A stretch of 21,904 nt of DNA. Source: Psammoneis japonica (lineage: Eukaryota). The DNA is taken from assembly GCA_008632985.1 (NCBI GenBank), contig QPGO01000260.1, forward strand, positions 62,001 to 83,904, given 5' to 3'. Numbering within the stretch: the stretch's first letter is position 1; each line of letters starts with the position of its first letter. The notes beneath the pieces were generated by a model that saw only the letters and a list, made by a program, of their open reading frames with translations, made no database searches and was not told the DNA's origin. Below, piece by piece: positions 21,144 through 21,904 of this stretch. The position numbers and the translations under genes were made by a program.

Positions 21144-21904
21144 TCACTTGAGTTGAGGTCGCGGAAGTGATTGAGCTCCTCCTCGCGTGCCTTGCGCTTT
21201 TTCTGAGCGTTGGCAAAGAACTTCTCGACCTTCGGGTCCGATGAGAGCATCAATGTCTTCCTCATTCCGAGGTTTTGCATTGGGCTTGCTGCCTCCGTTG
21301 TTGGAATGTCCAGTCTTGACACATTTCACGTGGTGCTTGAGCTGACGGCAATCCTCCGTATGATGTCCACAGTTGGTCCCGTGCAGCATGCACGACTTCT
21401 GGGTGTTTGGTTGGGTCGTGATCAACGACTCAGGATTGTCCGTTCTACGTTCCCACTTGCGTGGAACCTCAGCATGTTGGTCCAGGTTACCTTCGGCAAG
21501 CTCGACCTGCTCGATGCGCTCGCAGAACTGTGCAAATTTGGTGACAGTGTGCGCCAACGAGTCAAAATTCTGTAACGTCATGAACTTCTGCCATGCGTTC
21601 GGCACACCGCACTCGAACATGTCGCACAGTTCGTCATTGGGTGATGGTGCCGGTGCTTCTCCATCCTGCGTCACGGGTGGAAACTGAGAGATGCAGCCGT
21701 TAATTTCAACAGCCCTCGCGACACAGTCATGAGCAGAAACCTCTGCGGGCTTGCGCATGAAGCGCCTCAGATGACGCTTCTGCAATGGCACCGCCCTGTG
21801 TGGGAAGACACTTTCCTTTAGCTTCGCGATGCATGCTGCGCACGCAGCGTTGGTTTCGGATGCCTGCGTGTCAGCGGCATTGTTGAATGACGTCAGAGCA
21901 TCGC
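21144..21904 (-). pseudogene. gag: gag-like region, partial
   Basis: Lies upstream of the protease. Motifs QKRHLRRFMRKP and FCERIE, and a Cys/His knuckle CMLHGTNCGHHTEDC (21348-21392). Frameshift near 21.24 kb. Confidence 0.8.

Larger units (their letters stand above)
17418..21904 (-). mobile_element. Ty3/Gypsy LTR retrotransposon, inactivated, 5' part outside the window
   Basis: Domain order gag-PR-RT-RNaseH-IN, followed by a PPT and an LTR. Confidence 0.97.

Noticed and set aside
17418..21904. Classical fungal RIP as the cause of decay
   Set aside because: RIP turns CA/TG into TA and creates stop codons. The opposite pattern is seen here.

Overview
Eukaryotic repeat-only window with no intact host gene. 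Gag motifs suggest a diatom or other stramenopile, which is inference. It holds: (i) a decayed Ty3/Gypsy LTR retrotransposon on the minus strand (17418 to the window end; gag-PR-RT-RH-IN, PPT, 432-bp 3' LTR); (ii) a scrambled ~1.4-1.6 kb satellite-like repeat filling most of 227-17329, with an orientation flip at ~2.4-2.6 kb; (iii) a solo LTR of the same Gypsy (11333-12604, TSD CTTT). The solo LTR carries two nested insertions, a 390-bp MITE (TSD TCCA) and a 477-bp TRIM-like mini-LTR element (TSD GATG) with a tRNA-like A/B-box segment. Both empty sites are visible in the 3' LTR. The most striking signal is a directional, two-stranded TpA->TpG/CpA (A:T->G:C) hypermutation across all repeats. 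Conserved Tyr codons have become His/Cys (YLDD->HLDD, GYYH->GCCH, NYYRD->NCCRD), Leu->Pro/Ser and Ile->Thr/Met, while CpG is still abundant in the Gypsy. This resembles a RIP-like repeat-inactivation process running in the opposite direction to fungal RIP. Most listed six-frame ORFs are artefacts of TAA/TAG loss.
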